Of a stretch of DNA of 64,000 bases, positions 25,706 to 36,293 are shown piece after piece. Made by a program: the position numbers and the translations under genes. Positions within the stretch are counted from its first letter, which is position 1. Every line of letters begins with the position of its first letter. This DNA is from Vampirovibrionales bacterium (GTDB lineage: Bacteria; Cyanobacteriota; Vampirovibrionia; Vampirovibrionales; JAJTHC01). The DNA is taken from the NCBI GenBank assembly GCA_947458095.1, contig CANGYO010000001.1, forward strand, positions 6,414 to 70,413. Reading direction: 5' to 3'. The notes under the pieces are model-generated. The model saw nothing but the letters and a program-made list of their open reading frames with translations. It was not told the origin of the DNA and did not search any database.

Positions 25706-28700
25706 ATGACAACCCTGCAAAGCAAGAAAAAAACCGAGTTCTATAATAAAATCATGAATAAAAAAGAGCTGGGCAAGCTCATTTTAGGCGTATATAACGA
25801 ACATGGTGGTGCCAAAGCAGGCAACCTCGCTAACTTGCTCAAAAACTTAGGCTTTCGTTATGCGACTTTAGCAGGTGTGACGATTTCCATTGAAGATTTA
25901 GACGTGCCTGCCGTGAAAAAAGAGTTGATGCAAAAAGCGGAAGATGAGATTAGTCAATCTCGTCAACGTTACTTGCGAGGCGAAATCACCGAAGTAGAAC
26001 GCTACACGAAAGTTATCGACACATGGGCGGAAACGAACGAAACCTTGACCAAAGCGGTCGTCGACAATTTCGACAAGTTGAACTCCATTTACATGATGGC
26101 GTTCTCAGGCGCTCGTGGTAACTTGTCACAAGTTCGTCAGCTGGTGGGGATGCGTGGTTTGATGGCGGATTCTCAAGGGCAGATTATCGACGTTCCCATT
26201 AAAACCAATTTCCGTGAAGGCTTAAGCGTAACCGAATACATTATTTCAAGCTACGGAGCCAGAAAAGGCTTGGTAGATACGGCTCTTAAAACCGCCGACT
26301 CGGGTTACTTAACGCGTCGCTTGGTGGATGTGGCGCAAGATGTCATCATCACCGAAGAAGATTGTGGCACCCAAAAAGGCGTGTGGATGCGTTCCATTAG
26401 CGACGGTAGTTCCGTTGTGGTAACCCTTGAAGATCGTATCGTCTCAAGAGCGTCTGCGGTTGATGTCGTGCATCCTGAAACAGGGGAAGTCTTGGTGCAA
26501 GCTGGGCAAGTAATGACCGAAGCCATTGCGGAAGCCATTAACGAAGCAGGGATTGAAGCGATTTTGGTTCGTTCAGGTCTGACTTGCGAAACCAATTTCG
26601 GGATCTGCCAAAAATGCTATGGTTGGTCGCTCACCACCAATAAGTTGGTGGATCAAGGTGAATCGATCGGGATTATGGCAGCGCAATCCATCGGCGAACC
26701 TGGTACTCAGTTGACCATGCGTACCTTCCACACAGGGGGTGTATTTAGTGGTGGCGTCTCTCGTGAGATCGTCAAAGCCAAAGCCAGCGGTAAAGTGAAA
26801 GTTGAAGTGCCTGTTCGGGACTTCCGTACACGTCATGGGGACGTGGTGGATATTGCGACTCGTGATGGTCAACTGGTGATTGAAAACCCCAAGGGCAAAG
26901 ACGAGGTCTATACGGTTCCCTTTGGAGCGACCTTGTTTGTACATAAAAAAGGGACTGCGGTTGAAGCAGGGCAAGCCATTTTTGAGTTTGATCCCAGTTC
27001 GGCTCGTGGTAACATGAACCGCTTGACTGAAAAAGCGACCAAAGATATTACGGCGGATTTAAGCGGTAAAGTGCGTTATGAAGACTTTGATGCCGATGAA
27101 AAGCGAGATCGTCAAGGTAACATTTCACGCACCGCCAACCGTAGCGGTACGATTTGGGTCTTGGGTGGGGATGTTTACAACTTACCCGCTGGTTCAGATC
27201 TTAAAGTGCAAGACGCTCAAAGCGTTTTTGAAGATGATGTGTTGGCTGAAACCATGCTACAAAGTGAGTATGGTGGAGAAGTCCGCCTGCCTGAAGATTT
27301 AGTCACGGTTGAAGCGAACATCAATAACGAAGATGTCAAAGTCATCGAAAATGGTAAGGAATTGACGGTTGTGATTGCCTCTGTCAGTCCTGCCAATGCC
27401 ACCTTTGTTCAAACGAAAAAAGAAATGTTGTGGCAAGTCGTGGGTGATACGGATGATGTGGAAGAAACCTACATTATTAAAGCACCTCAAGGCACCACTG
27501 TTGAAAACGGCAGTATCATAGCAGAACTCGTCGATGATAGCGTTTCTGTGCCGACTAGCGGTGAAATCCGCTATGAAGGCGTAGAAGTCGACGAGCAACA
27601 AATCGTCACCAAAGCGGGCAAAGTCCTCTTCATTCCTGAAGAGATTCACCAAGTGTCGAAAGATATTTCGCTCAAAGCCCCTGGTTTGGATTCAGGCATG
27701 TTTGTCAAAGCAGGCACAGAACTCGTTAACGGTATTTATGCCCGTATTGACGGGGTCGTGAACTTTGTGGAAGAAAATGATATTATCCATGAAGTGATTG
27801 TACGCCCCGGTGAACTGTATCGTGTGGATGAAGTCAAAGACTTGCAAGTCGATGACGGCACGATTATTGAAGTCGGTGATGAAGTGGCGCCTGGTATTGC
27901 GGCAACGGTTCGTAGTTTGGTCACCATTACCTATCAAATCGATGATGCCGAAGATAGCTTCAATCCTGATACAGATGACACCTCTTCGCTGGAATATGCG
28001 GAAGTCTTGATTCGTCCTGTTTATGAGTACGAAGTCGCTCCTCGTGACGTGAACATTGAGTTCATGTCGACTGAAGAAGAGCATATTCGTGTGATTCCTG
28101 TGACACAGTTGCAAGCCACTGATGGAGCCAAGCTTCGTTCTGTCGAAGGCACGTCTTTATTGCGTACCAGCCTTGTGCTTCAAATGGGAGGCTTCATGTC
28201 TCGCCTAAAAGGGGTGACGGAATTGCAATCCTTAACCGAAGAAGAGCAAGAATTGAAAGTGGTTGTGTTAGAACATATCACCATTCGTCACAACAATAGT
28301 TCTGAAACGGTTCGTGCCAATGCGACCAAAACCATGTTGTTGGTTGAACATGGCGAAATTATTGAGAAAAACGGATCCGTGGTTAAGTCACAAGTTTTGG
28401 CGACGACCAACGGAACGATTTTACTGCCGAAAGATGCCGATGCTCGTGAAGTGCGTCGTTTATTGTTGGTGTCTCAAAAGCACTTGAAGGAACAGACCTT
28501 AGCAGGCGATGTCATCGTCAAAGTGGGCGACTTCATTCGTGTTGGGCAAGCCTTAGACAATAAAGGCACGCTGTCGATTGATTCGGCGCAAGTGGAAGCC
28601 GTCGACGGCAAAACCGTTACCCTCCACATCGGACGCCCTTACTTGATTAGTCCCGGTACGCAGTTGCAGGCTGAAAATTACGGCTTGTCTCAACAAGGCG

Positions 28701-29674
28701 ATTTGATTGCCACCTTGATCTTTGAACGTCAAAAAACAGGGGATATTGTTCAGGGTCTTCCTAAAGTTGAAGAACTCTTGGAAGGTCGTAAGCCTAAAGA
28801 AATTGCGGTTTTGGCACCTTTTAATGCCAAAATTGAAATTGTGTGGGACGAAGAAGTGCCTCATGTGTACCTTGTGGATGATGAAGCAGGTCGTGTGGAA
28901 GTCTCGATTCCTTTGGGAGCAAACCTCTTGGTGGAAGACGCTCAACGCATCAAAGCAGGTGAGCAAGTCACTGATGGTTCGATTAATCCGCATGAACTTT
29001 TGGAGATTTCAGGGGTTGAAGCGGTTAGCCAATTCTTGGTTGAAGAAGTACAACGGGTCTATCGTTCGCAAGGCGTTGAAATTGCCGACAAGCACTTGGA
29101 AATCATTGTGCGTCAAATGACTCGCAAGGTTCGTATTGATGAAAGTGGCGATACCTTCTTGTTGGGTGGCGAATTGGTGGATATGAAAGTCCTCAATGAA
29201 GCCAATCGTCAAGCGGAAGAAGCAGGACAACGTCCTGCCGCTTACTCTCCTGTTTTACTGGGGATTACCAAAGCCAGCTTGAACACGGAAAGTTTCATCT
29301 CCGCTGCTTCGTTCCAAGAAACGACACGGGTCTTAACGGAAGCCGCTGTTGAAGGACGTATCGACCTCTTGCGTGGACTGAAAGAAAACGTCATTATCGG
29401 ACGCCTCATCCCCGCAGGTACTGGCTTCCCACGCTTTAAGGATCAGCGTCGTGAGCTTGAGCAAGACGATTCGGCTAACCTCAAATCCAACGCTCGTAAG
29501 CCTTCTGCGATTTTAGAAGAAATCGAAAGCATGTTCGGTTCGCCTGATGTGGAAAGTTTCAGCGATTTCTTGCTGGATGATAGCTTTGCCTCTTCGATGG
29601 GCATGGGCATCGAAACGGAAGAAGAGTTTGATGATTTAGCCGCTAACATCGCCGATGATGACCTGATTGGTTAG
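25706..29674 (+). CDS. rpoC2: DNA-directed RNA polymerase subunit beta-prime (the C-terminal part of a split beta-prime)
   Basis: The 1322 aa ORF begins at the region that continues from rpoC1 and carries a large lineage-specific insertion, as in cyanobacterial rpoC2. Confidence 0.9.
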   Translation: MTTLQSKKKTEFYNKIMNKKELGKLILGVYNEHGGAKAGNLANLLKNLGFRYATLAGVTISIEDLDVPAVKKELMQKAEDEISQSRQRYLRGEITEVERYTKVIDTWAETNETLTKAVVDNFDKLNSIYMMAFSGARGNLSQVRQLVGMRGLMADSQGQIIDVPIKTNFREGLSVTEYIISSYGARKGLVDTALKTADSGYLTRRLVDVAQDVIITEEDCGTQKGVWMRSISDGSSVVVTLEDRIVSRASAVDVVHPETGEVLVQAGQVMTEAIAEAINEAGIEAILVRSGLTCETNFGICQKCYGWSLTTNKLVDQGESIGIMAAQSIGEPGTQLTMRTFHTGGVFSGGVSREIVKAKASGKVKVEVPVRDFRTRHGDVVDIATRDGQLVIENPKGKDEVYTVPFGATLFVHKKGTAVEAGQAIFEFDPSSARGNMNRLTEKATKDITADLSGKVRYEDFDADEKRDRQGNISRTANRSGTIWVLGGDVYNLPAGSDLKVQDAQSVFEDDVLAETMLQSEYGGEVRLPEDLVTVEANINNEDVKVIENGKELTVVIASVSPANATFVQTKKEMLWQVVGDTDDVEETYIIKAPQGTTVENGSIIAELVDDSVSVPTSGEIRYEGVEVDEQQIVTKAGKVLFIPEEIHQVSKDISLKAPGLDSGMFVKAGTELVNGIYARIDGVVNFVEENDIIHEVIVRPGELYRVDEVKDLQVDDGTIIEVGDEVAPGIAATVRSLVTITYQIDDAEDSFNPDTDDTSSLEYAEVLIRPVYEYEVAPRDVNIEFMSTEEEHIRVIPVTQLQATDGAKLRSVEGTSLLRTSLVLQMGGFMSRLKGVTELQSLTEEEQELKVVVLEHITIRHNNSSETVRANATKTMLLVEHGEIIEKNGSVVKSQVLATTNGTILLPKDADAREVRRLLLVSQKHLKEQTLAGDVIVKVGDFIRVGQALDNKGTLSIDSAQVEAVDGKTVTLHIGRPYLISPGTQLQAENYGLSQQGDLIATLIFERQKTGDIVQGLPKVEELLEGRKPKEIAVLAPFNAKIEIVWDEEVPHVYLVDDEAGRVEVSIPLGANLLVEDAQRIKAGEQVTDGSINPHELLEISGVEAVSQFLVEEVQRVYRSQGVEIADKHLEIIVRQMTRKVRIDESGDTFLLGGELVDMKVLNEANRQAEEAGQRPAAYSPVLLGITKASLNTESFISAASFQETTRVLTEAAVEGRIDLLRGLKENVIIGRLIPAGTGFPRFKDQRRELEQDDSANLKSNARKPSAILEEIESMFGSPDVESFSDFLLDDSFASSMGMGIETEEEFDDLAANIADDDLIG

Positions 29675-29690
29675 TTATTTATAGATATTA

Positions 29691-29731
29691 AAGGGATTCT
29701 TCCTTGCTTTGCCAAGGAATGAATCCCTTTT
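29691..29731 (+). terminator. Rho-independent terminator after rpoC2
   Basis: aagggattc-ttccttgctttgccaaggaa-tgaatccctt forms nested stems and is followed by ttt. Confidence 0.55.
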
Positions 29732-29749
29732 TAGAAGGAATAGAAGACC

Positions 29750-31096
29750 GTGCTTTCAAAAAGCAAAGAAGCCTTTCGTCGTGTACTGCTTTATCAAGCC
29801 TTGCTTTTGATCGCTGTTTTTTTTACCTCGCCTTTTTGGGTATTCGCCTTTGTGTTTGTACCGAAGTTACGAGCAGGCTTTTGGCAAAAATGTGGCTTTA
29901 TTTCCCCAGCCTTAGAAGAAAAGCTCGACAAACTGAACCGCAATCAGCCTGTGTTGTGGATTCACGCCGTTTCAGTCGGTGAACTATTGGCGGTTAAACC
30001 CTTGATTCACCTGCTTTTAGAGCAGAACATCACGGTAGTCATTAGTACCACCACCAAAACAGGGCAAGCCCTTGCCCAAACCGATTTAGGCAATCAGTGT
30101 GTGGTTTTGTATTTTCCCTATGATGCCTTTTTTGCGGTGAATCCGCTTGTGAAAGCCATTCGCCCTGATTTGGTGATGATTATGGAAACCGAATTATGGC
30201 CTTATTTTATTTGGTATGTGGGTCATCGTAATGCCACCGCCTTATATTTAATCAACGGACGCTTGTCGGACAAATCATTTTTGGGCTATCAAAAAATAAA
30301 ACGCTTTTTAAGACCCATTTTAAGCTTGTTGGATCACGCCTACATGCAAACCAAGTTGGATGCCCAGCGTTTTAAGTCCTTACTCTTGCCCCATGCCATC
30401 AATAAGGTCTCTGTTTTGGGCAATTTAAAGTTTGATTTACCGCCTTGGCATGAGCGGCAAGACAAAATCCAGCATCTCAAAAAGCTTTTCAATTTCCCGA
30501 AAGACAGCACCGTTATTACGGTTGCTTCTACGCATGAAGGGGAAGAGGCTCTGTTGTTGAATGTATTATACGAGTTGTCACGAGATTTTCCTGAATTGCG
30601 GGTGGTTTTGGTACCTCGACACCCTGATCGGATTCCCCAAGTCAGCCGTTTGTTGCGGGAAGAAACGTTTCGCTTTCGTTTGAGATCATCTTTAAGTGAA
30701 ACGTCTTTAAATACCGAAAAAACCGTTTTGGTGGACAGCATCGGTGAATTGAAAGACATCTTGGCGTTTTCGGACATGGCGATTGTCGCAGGGAGCTTTT
30801 TGCCTCATTTGGGGGGGCATAACATTTTAGAACCAATTATGGTGGGGACGCCTGTTTTGTATGGCTCTTATATGAGCAATTTTAAGGAAATCGTGTACAC
30901 GGTCGAACAACATGAAGCAGGCATTCAGGCACAAGATGCCCTTGCCTTGAAGCATGCCATTGTGGAATTGATGACCAATCCCAGTGAGCGTGAGCGTTTG
31001 ATTAAAGCGGGCTATGTGATGTTGGCGGCTCATCAAGGGCAGACGCATAGCTTGGTGGAAGCCGTCTTGAAGCAACTCCATTGGCATGCGGTATAG
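29750..31096 (+). CDS. waaA: 3-deoxy-D-manno-octulosonic acid (Kdo) transferase
   Basis: The N-terminal TM helix is followed by LWIHAVSVGELLAVKPLI, a Kdo-transferase signature. The GT-B C-terminal domain is consistent with this call. Confidence 0.8.
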   Translation: MLSKSKEAFRRVLLYQALLLIAVFFTSPFWVFAFVFVPKLRAGFWQKCGFISPALEEKLDKLNRNQPVLWIHAVSVGELLAVKPLIHLLLEQNITVVISTTTKTGQALAQTDLGNQCVVLYFPYDAFFAVNPLVKAIRPDLVMIMETELWPYFIWYVGHRNATALYLINGRLSDKSFLGYQKIKRFLRPILSLLDHAYMQTKLDAQRFKSLLLPHAINKVSVLGNLKFDLPPWHERQDKIQHLKKLFNFPKDSTVITVASTHEGEEALLLNVLYELSRDFPELRVVLVPRHPDRIPQVSRLLREETFRFRLRSSLSETSLNTEKTVLVDSIGELKDILAFSDMAIVAGSFLPHLGGHNILEPIMVGTPVLYGSYMSNFKEIVYTVEQHEAGIQAQDALALKHAIVELMTNPSERERLIKAGYVMLAAHQGQTHSLVEAVLKQLHWHAV

Positions 31097-31130
31097 AAGA
31101 CTGCCCTACACAAAAAATCCAAACAAAAGC

Positions 31131-32510
31131 TTAAAACGCTCGCATTTTTTTGAAGAGCATGAGGTAAACGCCGTAGCCTCCCCACAAGGCAAACGGCAAC
31201 GCCAACCACAACATCATGGCTTGCACGCCCATGAAATGCGAACTTAAGCCTGCAATCAACGCAGGCAAGGTCGAACTCGTCGACAGCATGGTGAATTGCA
31301 CACCCAAGACCTTCCCACGAATCGCTTCAGGGATGCGATCATGCAAGAAAGCCTGTAAGGGAATCGCCACCGCTGCCGCCCCCAAACCCATGACGATGCT
31401 GGCGATATACGTCCACGCCATACGATCGCTTAAGACCAGAGGAGGCATCCCGCTGGGCATGGGGATGCTCGCAAACAAGGTGCCTAAATCAGGGAAAATC
31501 AAAGGCACACCTGCCATCCCGACTAAGCCTGCCATCAATAAAAGCATGCCACTATACACGGTAAAAGGCGCAGACAAGCGTTTTAAGGCGGTACTCACCA
31601 GCACCGCTCCCACTGCCATGCCAATGCCTGAACTGGCGACAATATAGGCAAACTTGCGAGCCGCTACCGTTGGATCTACATACAAAAAGTTTTTAGAAAA
31701 GGTAATCGACAAAATACACATGGCGACAATTGCGGAAAACAACAACGCTAACTTTGCCATGGCATGCCATACGGCGGTATGTTCACGAATATAGGCAAAG
31801 CCTTCTTTCAGTTCAGCACTAAAGCGATTCACGCTTTCTCGCATCGTGCGAGGTTTCGTGGGATCGATACGATCAGGCAAGGCGACGTTTTTGTCGATGC
31901 GAAGTCCAAACAAGCAAACGGCTGCCCCTATAAAGAGCAAGCTTAACGCCCAATGCACTTCTTCTAGGCTCAACAATTCAATGAGGGGGTCGCCAAGAGC
32001 AAAGCCGACAATCACACTTGCCATCATGGTGGTGGTAAACAGCGAATTGGCGGAAAGTAGTTGTGATTTCGGCACAATCGTGGGAATCGTGGCGGATTCA
32101 GCAGGCACAAAAAATTGAGTCACACTCGACAATAAAAACGCCAGCATATACAGATAAGCCAAGCCTGCTTCTGCCATTTGAGGCAGGGCAAAAACCAAGA
32201 TGCCTCGAATGACGTTGATGGCAACCAGCGTTAGGCGACGGGGCCAGCGATCCACAAAAACGCCGGCTACTGCGGTCAGCAATATCGCTGGAATGGTAAA
32301 GGCGACGTACAAGTAACTGGTAAAGCGTTCATCGCCTCCGTACAGGTGCGTGATATAGGCGACAAAGACCACGAAAATAATGCGATCCGCCAGTTGGGAC
32401 AAGACTTGCGACCACCACAGGCTCATAAACGACGCATTCTTCAAAATAGAGCCGTCTTGGGGGGCTGTCGCTTCTTGGGATGGTAGAGGAGGGGCTTCAA
32501 TAAGGGGCAT
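31131..32510 (-). CDS. MFS transporter
   Basis: The 459 aa ORF has 12 predicted hydrophobic helices and an MFS-like loop motif (VDRWPRRLTL). Confidence 0.7.
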   Translation of the reverse strand: MPLIEAPPLPSQEATAPQDGSILKNASFMSLWWSQVLSQLADRIIFVVFVAYITHLYGGDERFTSYLYVAFTIPAILLTAVAGVFVDRWPRRLTLVAINVIRGILVFALPQMAEAGLAYLYMLAFLLSSVTQFFVPAESATIPTIVPKSQLLSANSLFTTTMMASVIVGFALGDPLIELLSLEEVHWALSLLFIGAAVCLFGLRIDKNVALPDRIDPTKPRTMRESVNRFSAELKEGFAYIREHTAVWHAMAKLALLFSAIVAMCILSITFSKNFLYVDPTVAARKFAYIVASSGIGMAVGAVLVSTALKRLSAPFTVYSGMLLLMAGLVGMAGVPLIFPDLGTLFASIPMPSGMPPLVLSDRMAWTYIASIVMGLGAAAVAIPLQAFLHDRIPEAIRGKVLGVQFTMLSTSSTLPALIAGLSSHFMGVQAMMLWLALPFALWGGYGVYLMLFKKMRAF

Positions 32511-32566
32511 AGACGGTTTTCTTTCAGTCTAAAACTTCTGTTTTAACGAATGCTATAGTTCATCAT

Positions 32567-33688
32567 CTAATGAAAGACATATTGACGCAAGGCACGAGCC
32601 AAAATATCGGCGGACGCTTCCCATGAAAAGCTTTGGGCTTGCTTAAAACCCTTGTGGATGAGTTCCATACGCAAAGGGGCATTTCCTTCCAGTTGCATAA
32701 TCGCATGTTGCACCTGTTGAGGATGATCAGGATCCACATACAAGACGGCTTGACCGCAGGCTTCAGGAATCGCCGTTAGGTTCGTGGCAATCACGGGGCA
32801 GCCTTGCGTCATCGCTTCCAGCGGAGGCAACCCAAAGCCTTCAGAGCGTGACAAATACAACAGCCCTCGACTTTCGTGCATCAACGTCGCCAAGTGTTCA
32901 TCACTCACATAGCCGAGTTCTTTGATAATGCCCAAGTCTGTGGCTTTTTTGACAAGGGCTTCAAAGTCGTCACTAAAATAATGGATCTGCCCTGTCAGCC
33001 AAAGTTGACTCGTCAACGCTTGGCGTTCATGCAAGGCGATCATGGCTTCAATGGCGGTATCAATGCCCTTTCGAGCCTCATAACGCCCTGTATACAAAAA
33101 GTAAGGCTGGGTTTCAGAAAGGGCTAAGGGGAGGCGTCCGTGTTTTTTGGGGAGCGTAGACGCATTCGGCACCACGACAATCTCATTTCGGCTGGTGAAA
33201 TGGCGTAAAATCTGCGATTTAGAATACTGCGACACGGTCATCACAAAGGCACAGGCATCAATTTCATCTTGAATGCGTTTGATATAGCGTTCCCGACGCT
33301 CACCTTCAAGGTAGCCGTCGACTTCCAAAGGCAGGACATCATGCAAGGTCATAAACGCCTTGCGAGGAAACGGGAAATTTGACGTGCCAAAGGGGATGCG
33401 TCCATTATTGGGGAAGTGAATGGCGTGTACGTTAGGCATCCATGAGAGGGGGGTCAAAATGAGTGAACGCCATATTTCACGCACAGGGGAATAGCCAAGG
33501 GGCAGGTCTTTCATGCCTTTTGGCAAGGGATGTTGTAATTTTTGAGATCGCCGAATGGCTACGACGTTGAAGTCATCGGCGTATTTGTGGCAAAAGGCGT
33601 CATACAATCCCCATGTGGCTTTGGCAACACCGCCAAAGGGGCGAATAAAGCATTCGGCATCGAGGTAAATTGTGTGAGGGGACGGCAT
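32567..33688 (-). CDS. Glycosyltransferase family 1 (GT4-type)
   Basis: The C-terminal EGFGLPPLEAMTQGCPVIATNLTAIPE is the GT1 EX7E region. Confidence 0.75.
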   Translation of the reverse strand: MPSPHTIYLDAECFIRPFGGVAKATWGLYDAFCHKYADDFNVVAIRRSQKLQHPLPKGMKDLPLGYSPVREIWRSLILTPLSWMPNVHAIHFPNNGRIPFGTSNFPFPRKAFMTLHDVLPLEVDGYLEGERRERYIKRIQDEIDACAFVMTVSQYSKSQILRHFTSRNEIVVVPNASTLPKKHGRLPLALSETQPYFLYTGRYEARKGIDTAIEAMIALHERQALTSQLWLTGQIHYFSDDFEALVKKATDLGIIKELGYVSDEHLATLMHESRGLLYLSRSEGFGLPPLEAMTQGCPVIATNLTAIPEACGQAVLYVDPDHPQQVQHAIMQLEGNAPLRMELIHKGFKQAQSFSWEASADILARALRQYVFH

Positions 33689-33806
33689 AATTATCCTTTT
33701 TTAATCAATAGTTTTGTTTCAAATATAGCATAAAAACAGGAGGCAGATTACAAGGTTTCGTGTATAATAAAGGTTCATTACCCATTAAATTAAAGAGAAA
33801 TCGTCG

Positions 33807-35030
33807 ATGTCATCTTCTAAAACGCCTCAACTCAAATTTTTCGTCCTGCTGATTCTACTCGCAGGGGCTGGCTTTTATGCCGTCAAGCATCCGCCTAGCC
33901 TTGGACTCGACTTAAAAGGTGGCACTCGCTTGACCCTAGAAGCCATCCCTAACGCGCAAGTGAAAGACATTACGCCTCGTGTTATGGACAGCCTTCAACT
34001 GGTGATTGAACAACGGGTCAACAAATTTGGCGTTTCTGAAGCCATTGTGCAGAAATCGGGTGAGTCTCGCTTATTGGTGGAAATCCCGGGGATTAAAGAC
34101 CCTGAAGAAGCGAAAAACCAGCTCGGCAAGGTGGGTTTGCTGGAGTTTAAGCGGAAGAAAAACGGCACTTGGGCAAACACCGATGTCACAGGGCGTGATT
34201 TAAAAGTGGCTCGTTTGGATCAAGACCCCATGGGTGGCTGGATGATCGGCTTTGAACTTACAGGCGAAGGGGCTAGAAAATTTGCGACACTCACCGCCGA
34301 TATGGCAACGCAAAAAGAACCCCTTGCCGTCTTTTTTGACGGGCAACTGGTGTCGTCTCCTTCCGTGCAGGATGCCATTTTAAGTGGTTCGGGTCAAATC
34401 ACGGGTGATTTCAGCAAAGACGAAGCCAAAACCATTGTCGATACGCTCAACGCAGGTGCCTTGCCTGTGAATGTGGAAGTCGTGGAAGAAAGTACGGTCG
34501 GTGCTTTATTAGGTGAAAACTCCTTGTCTCAAAGTTTGAAAGCAGGCATCGCTGGACTGCTCGCCGTATTGGTCTTTATGATTGGCTATTACCGCAAGTT
34601 AGGACTCGTCGCCAATGTGGGCTTGGTTGCCTATACCTTACTAAGCTATGTCGCCTTAATGCTGGTGGGCGTGACCTTTACGCTAGCAGGGATTGCAGGC
34701 TTTATTTTGTCGATCGGTATGGCGGTGGATGCGAACATCCTGATTTTTGAACGCACGAAAGAAGAACTCGCTCAAGGCAAAGCCTTTAAAAAAGCGTTGT
34801 CTTTAGGGTTTGACCGAGCATTACCGTCTATTTTAGACTCCAACATTACGACGCTCATCACCTGTGCCGTCTTGTGGGGCTTGGGGACAGGATCTGTGAA
34901 AGGCTTTGCCGTGACACTCGCATTAGGTGTTGCCATGAGTATGTTTACGGCATTGACGGTGACTCGCACGATTTTAGAATTGGCGTTAGGGGCGGAAACC
35001 CGTTCACGCATGACATTTTCAAAAGGATAA
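33807..35030 (+). CDS. secD: Protein translocase subunit SecD
   Basis: It has a signal anchor, a periplasmic domain and a C-terminal 6-TM SecD block (GIAGLLAVLVFMIGYYR...AVDANILIFERTKEE). Confidence 0.85.
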   Translation: MSSSKTPQLKFFVLLILLAGAGFYAVKHPPSLGLDLKGGTRLTLEAIPNAQVKDITPRVMDSLQLVIEQRVNKFGVSEAIVQKSGESRLLVEIPGIKDPEEAKNQLGKVGLLEFKRKKNGTWANTDVTGRDLKVARLDQDPMGGWMIGFELTGEGARKFATLTADMATQKEPLAVFFDGQLVSSPSVQDAILSGSGQITGDFSKDEAKTIVDTLNAGALPVNVEVVEESTVGALLGENSLSQSLKAGIAGLLAVLVFMIGYYRKLGLVANVGLVAYTLLSYVALMLVGVTFTLAGIAGFILSIGMAVDANILIFERTKEELAQGKAFKKALSLGFDRALPSILDSNITTLITCAVLWGLGTGSVKGFAVTLALGVAMSMFTALTVTRTILELALGAETRSRMTFSKG

Positions 35031-35036
35031 TCCGCT

Positions 35037-36029
35037 ATGACACTCATCACCAACACAGAAACCGCCACAACGGCTCAAGAGACAACCGTCGCTTCTAAAC
35101 TCAAATACTGGGTGGATATTGTCAAATATCGAGCTGTCTATTTATGGATTGCGGTCGCCATGATGGTACCGGGTCTGGTCTTTATGGGACTGAATATCGC
35201 TCAAACACCGACACATTCACCGCTGAAGCTCGGCATTGATTTTGTGGGCGGTACGTTGACCGAAATCCATACGCCCCAAACCGTGAAACAAGAAGACTTG
35301 CCCCACATCGCTCACGCCTTGGACGCCTATGAGATTGAAGATGCCGTCGTACAAATTAACACGCCGATTAAGGTCAATCAAAAAGAAGCAGGCACCGTGC
35401 TTTCCATTCGCACCAAAATGCTGGATGCTCCCCAAATCAAAACGCTCGATGCCACACTCAAAAACAACGTGGGAGATTTTCAGCTCTTACAACGTAATAC
35501 GGTCGGCCCAACGCTCGCCAGTGAACTGCTCACCAATGCCTTGTTGGCTCTAGGCTTTGCGTACTTGCTGATTACAGGTTATTTGACCTATCGCTTTCAG
35601 TTGGATTACGCCATTTGTGCCTTAGTGGCTTTATTGCACGATACCGTCATTGTGCTAGGCATCTTTGCAGGCATGGGATACTTGGCTAATGTAGCGGTGG
35701 ATAGCCTTTTCATTACAGGGATTCTAACCGTCATTGGCTTTAGTGTGCATGACACGATTGTGGTTTTTGATCGTTTGCGTGAAAATAACCGCTTGATGTT
35801 TTCGCAGAAAAAGCCGTTTTCAGAAGTGGTGAACGTGTCGATCAATCAAACCTTGGCTCGTTCGATTAACACATCCTTAACCGCTTTATTACCTTTAGCG
35901 ACGCTCTACTTCTTTGGGGGAGAAAGCACGCAGAACTTGGTGCTTTGCATGGGCTTGGGGATCATCATCGGGGCGTATTCGTCTATTGCGATTGCGTCTT
36001 CGTTGCTGTGCTGGTGGCGTGAATTATAG
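35037..36029 (+). CDS. secF: Protein translocase subunit SecF
   Basis: It lies immediately downstream of secD and has SecF TM blocks (GILTVIGFSVHDTIVVFDRLREN). Confidence 0.85.
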   Translation: MTLITNTETATTAQETTVASKLKYWVDIVKYRAVYLWIAVAMMVPGLVFMGLNIAQTPTHSPLKLGIDFVGGTLTEIHTPQTVKQEDLPHIAHALDAYEIEDAVVQINTPIKVNQKEAGTVLSIRTKMLDAPQIKTLDATLKNNVGDFQLLQRNTVGPTLASELLTNALLALGFAYLLITGYLTYRFQLDYAICALVALLHDTVIVLGIFAGMGYLANVAVDSLFITGILTVIGFSVHDTIVVFDRLRENNRLMFSQKKPFSEVVNVSINQTLARSINTSLTALLPLATLYFFGGESTQNLVLCMGLGIIIGAYSSIAIASSLLCWWREL

Positions 36030-36040
36030 CCATCTTTATA

Positions 36041-36150
36041 ATTTCCTGTACCGTGTCTATACGTTGTCGCTACGATTATTTTGTTCCGTTATGTAGGTCT
36101 GTCTACACACCCTCACAAAATAATCTAGGCTCCTCGTCTAGCCTAAGTAC
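36041..36150. repeat. Gene-3'-end repeat family 3, copy 3 (divergent)
   Basis: cctgtaccgtgtctatacgttgtcgctacgatt...cacac...tctaggctcctcgtctagcc is related to the 18841 and 57841 copies. Confidence 0.5.
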
Positions 36151-36293
36151 AGAAAACTCTAAAGACGGCTATGCAAGAAAAACAGAAGGCGACGGCTCAA
36201 ACAGAGGCTTGACGTGTAACGAAAGGTAACAATCAAGCAAGATGTCCAAATGTGATTGTTTTATTAAGGTAAGAATGTCTTAATAACCCCACA

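Noticed and set aside
21843-29230. Numerous 60-160 aa ORFs on both strands inside rpoB, rpoC1 and rpoC2
   Set aside because: They are fully embedded in long, well-supported housekeeping genes in alternative frames, as expected for GC-moderate sequence.
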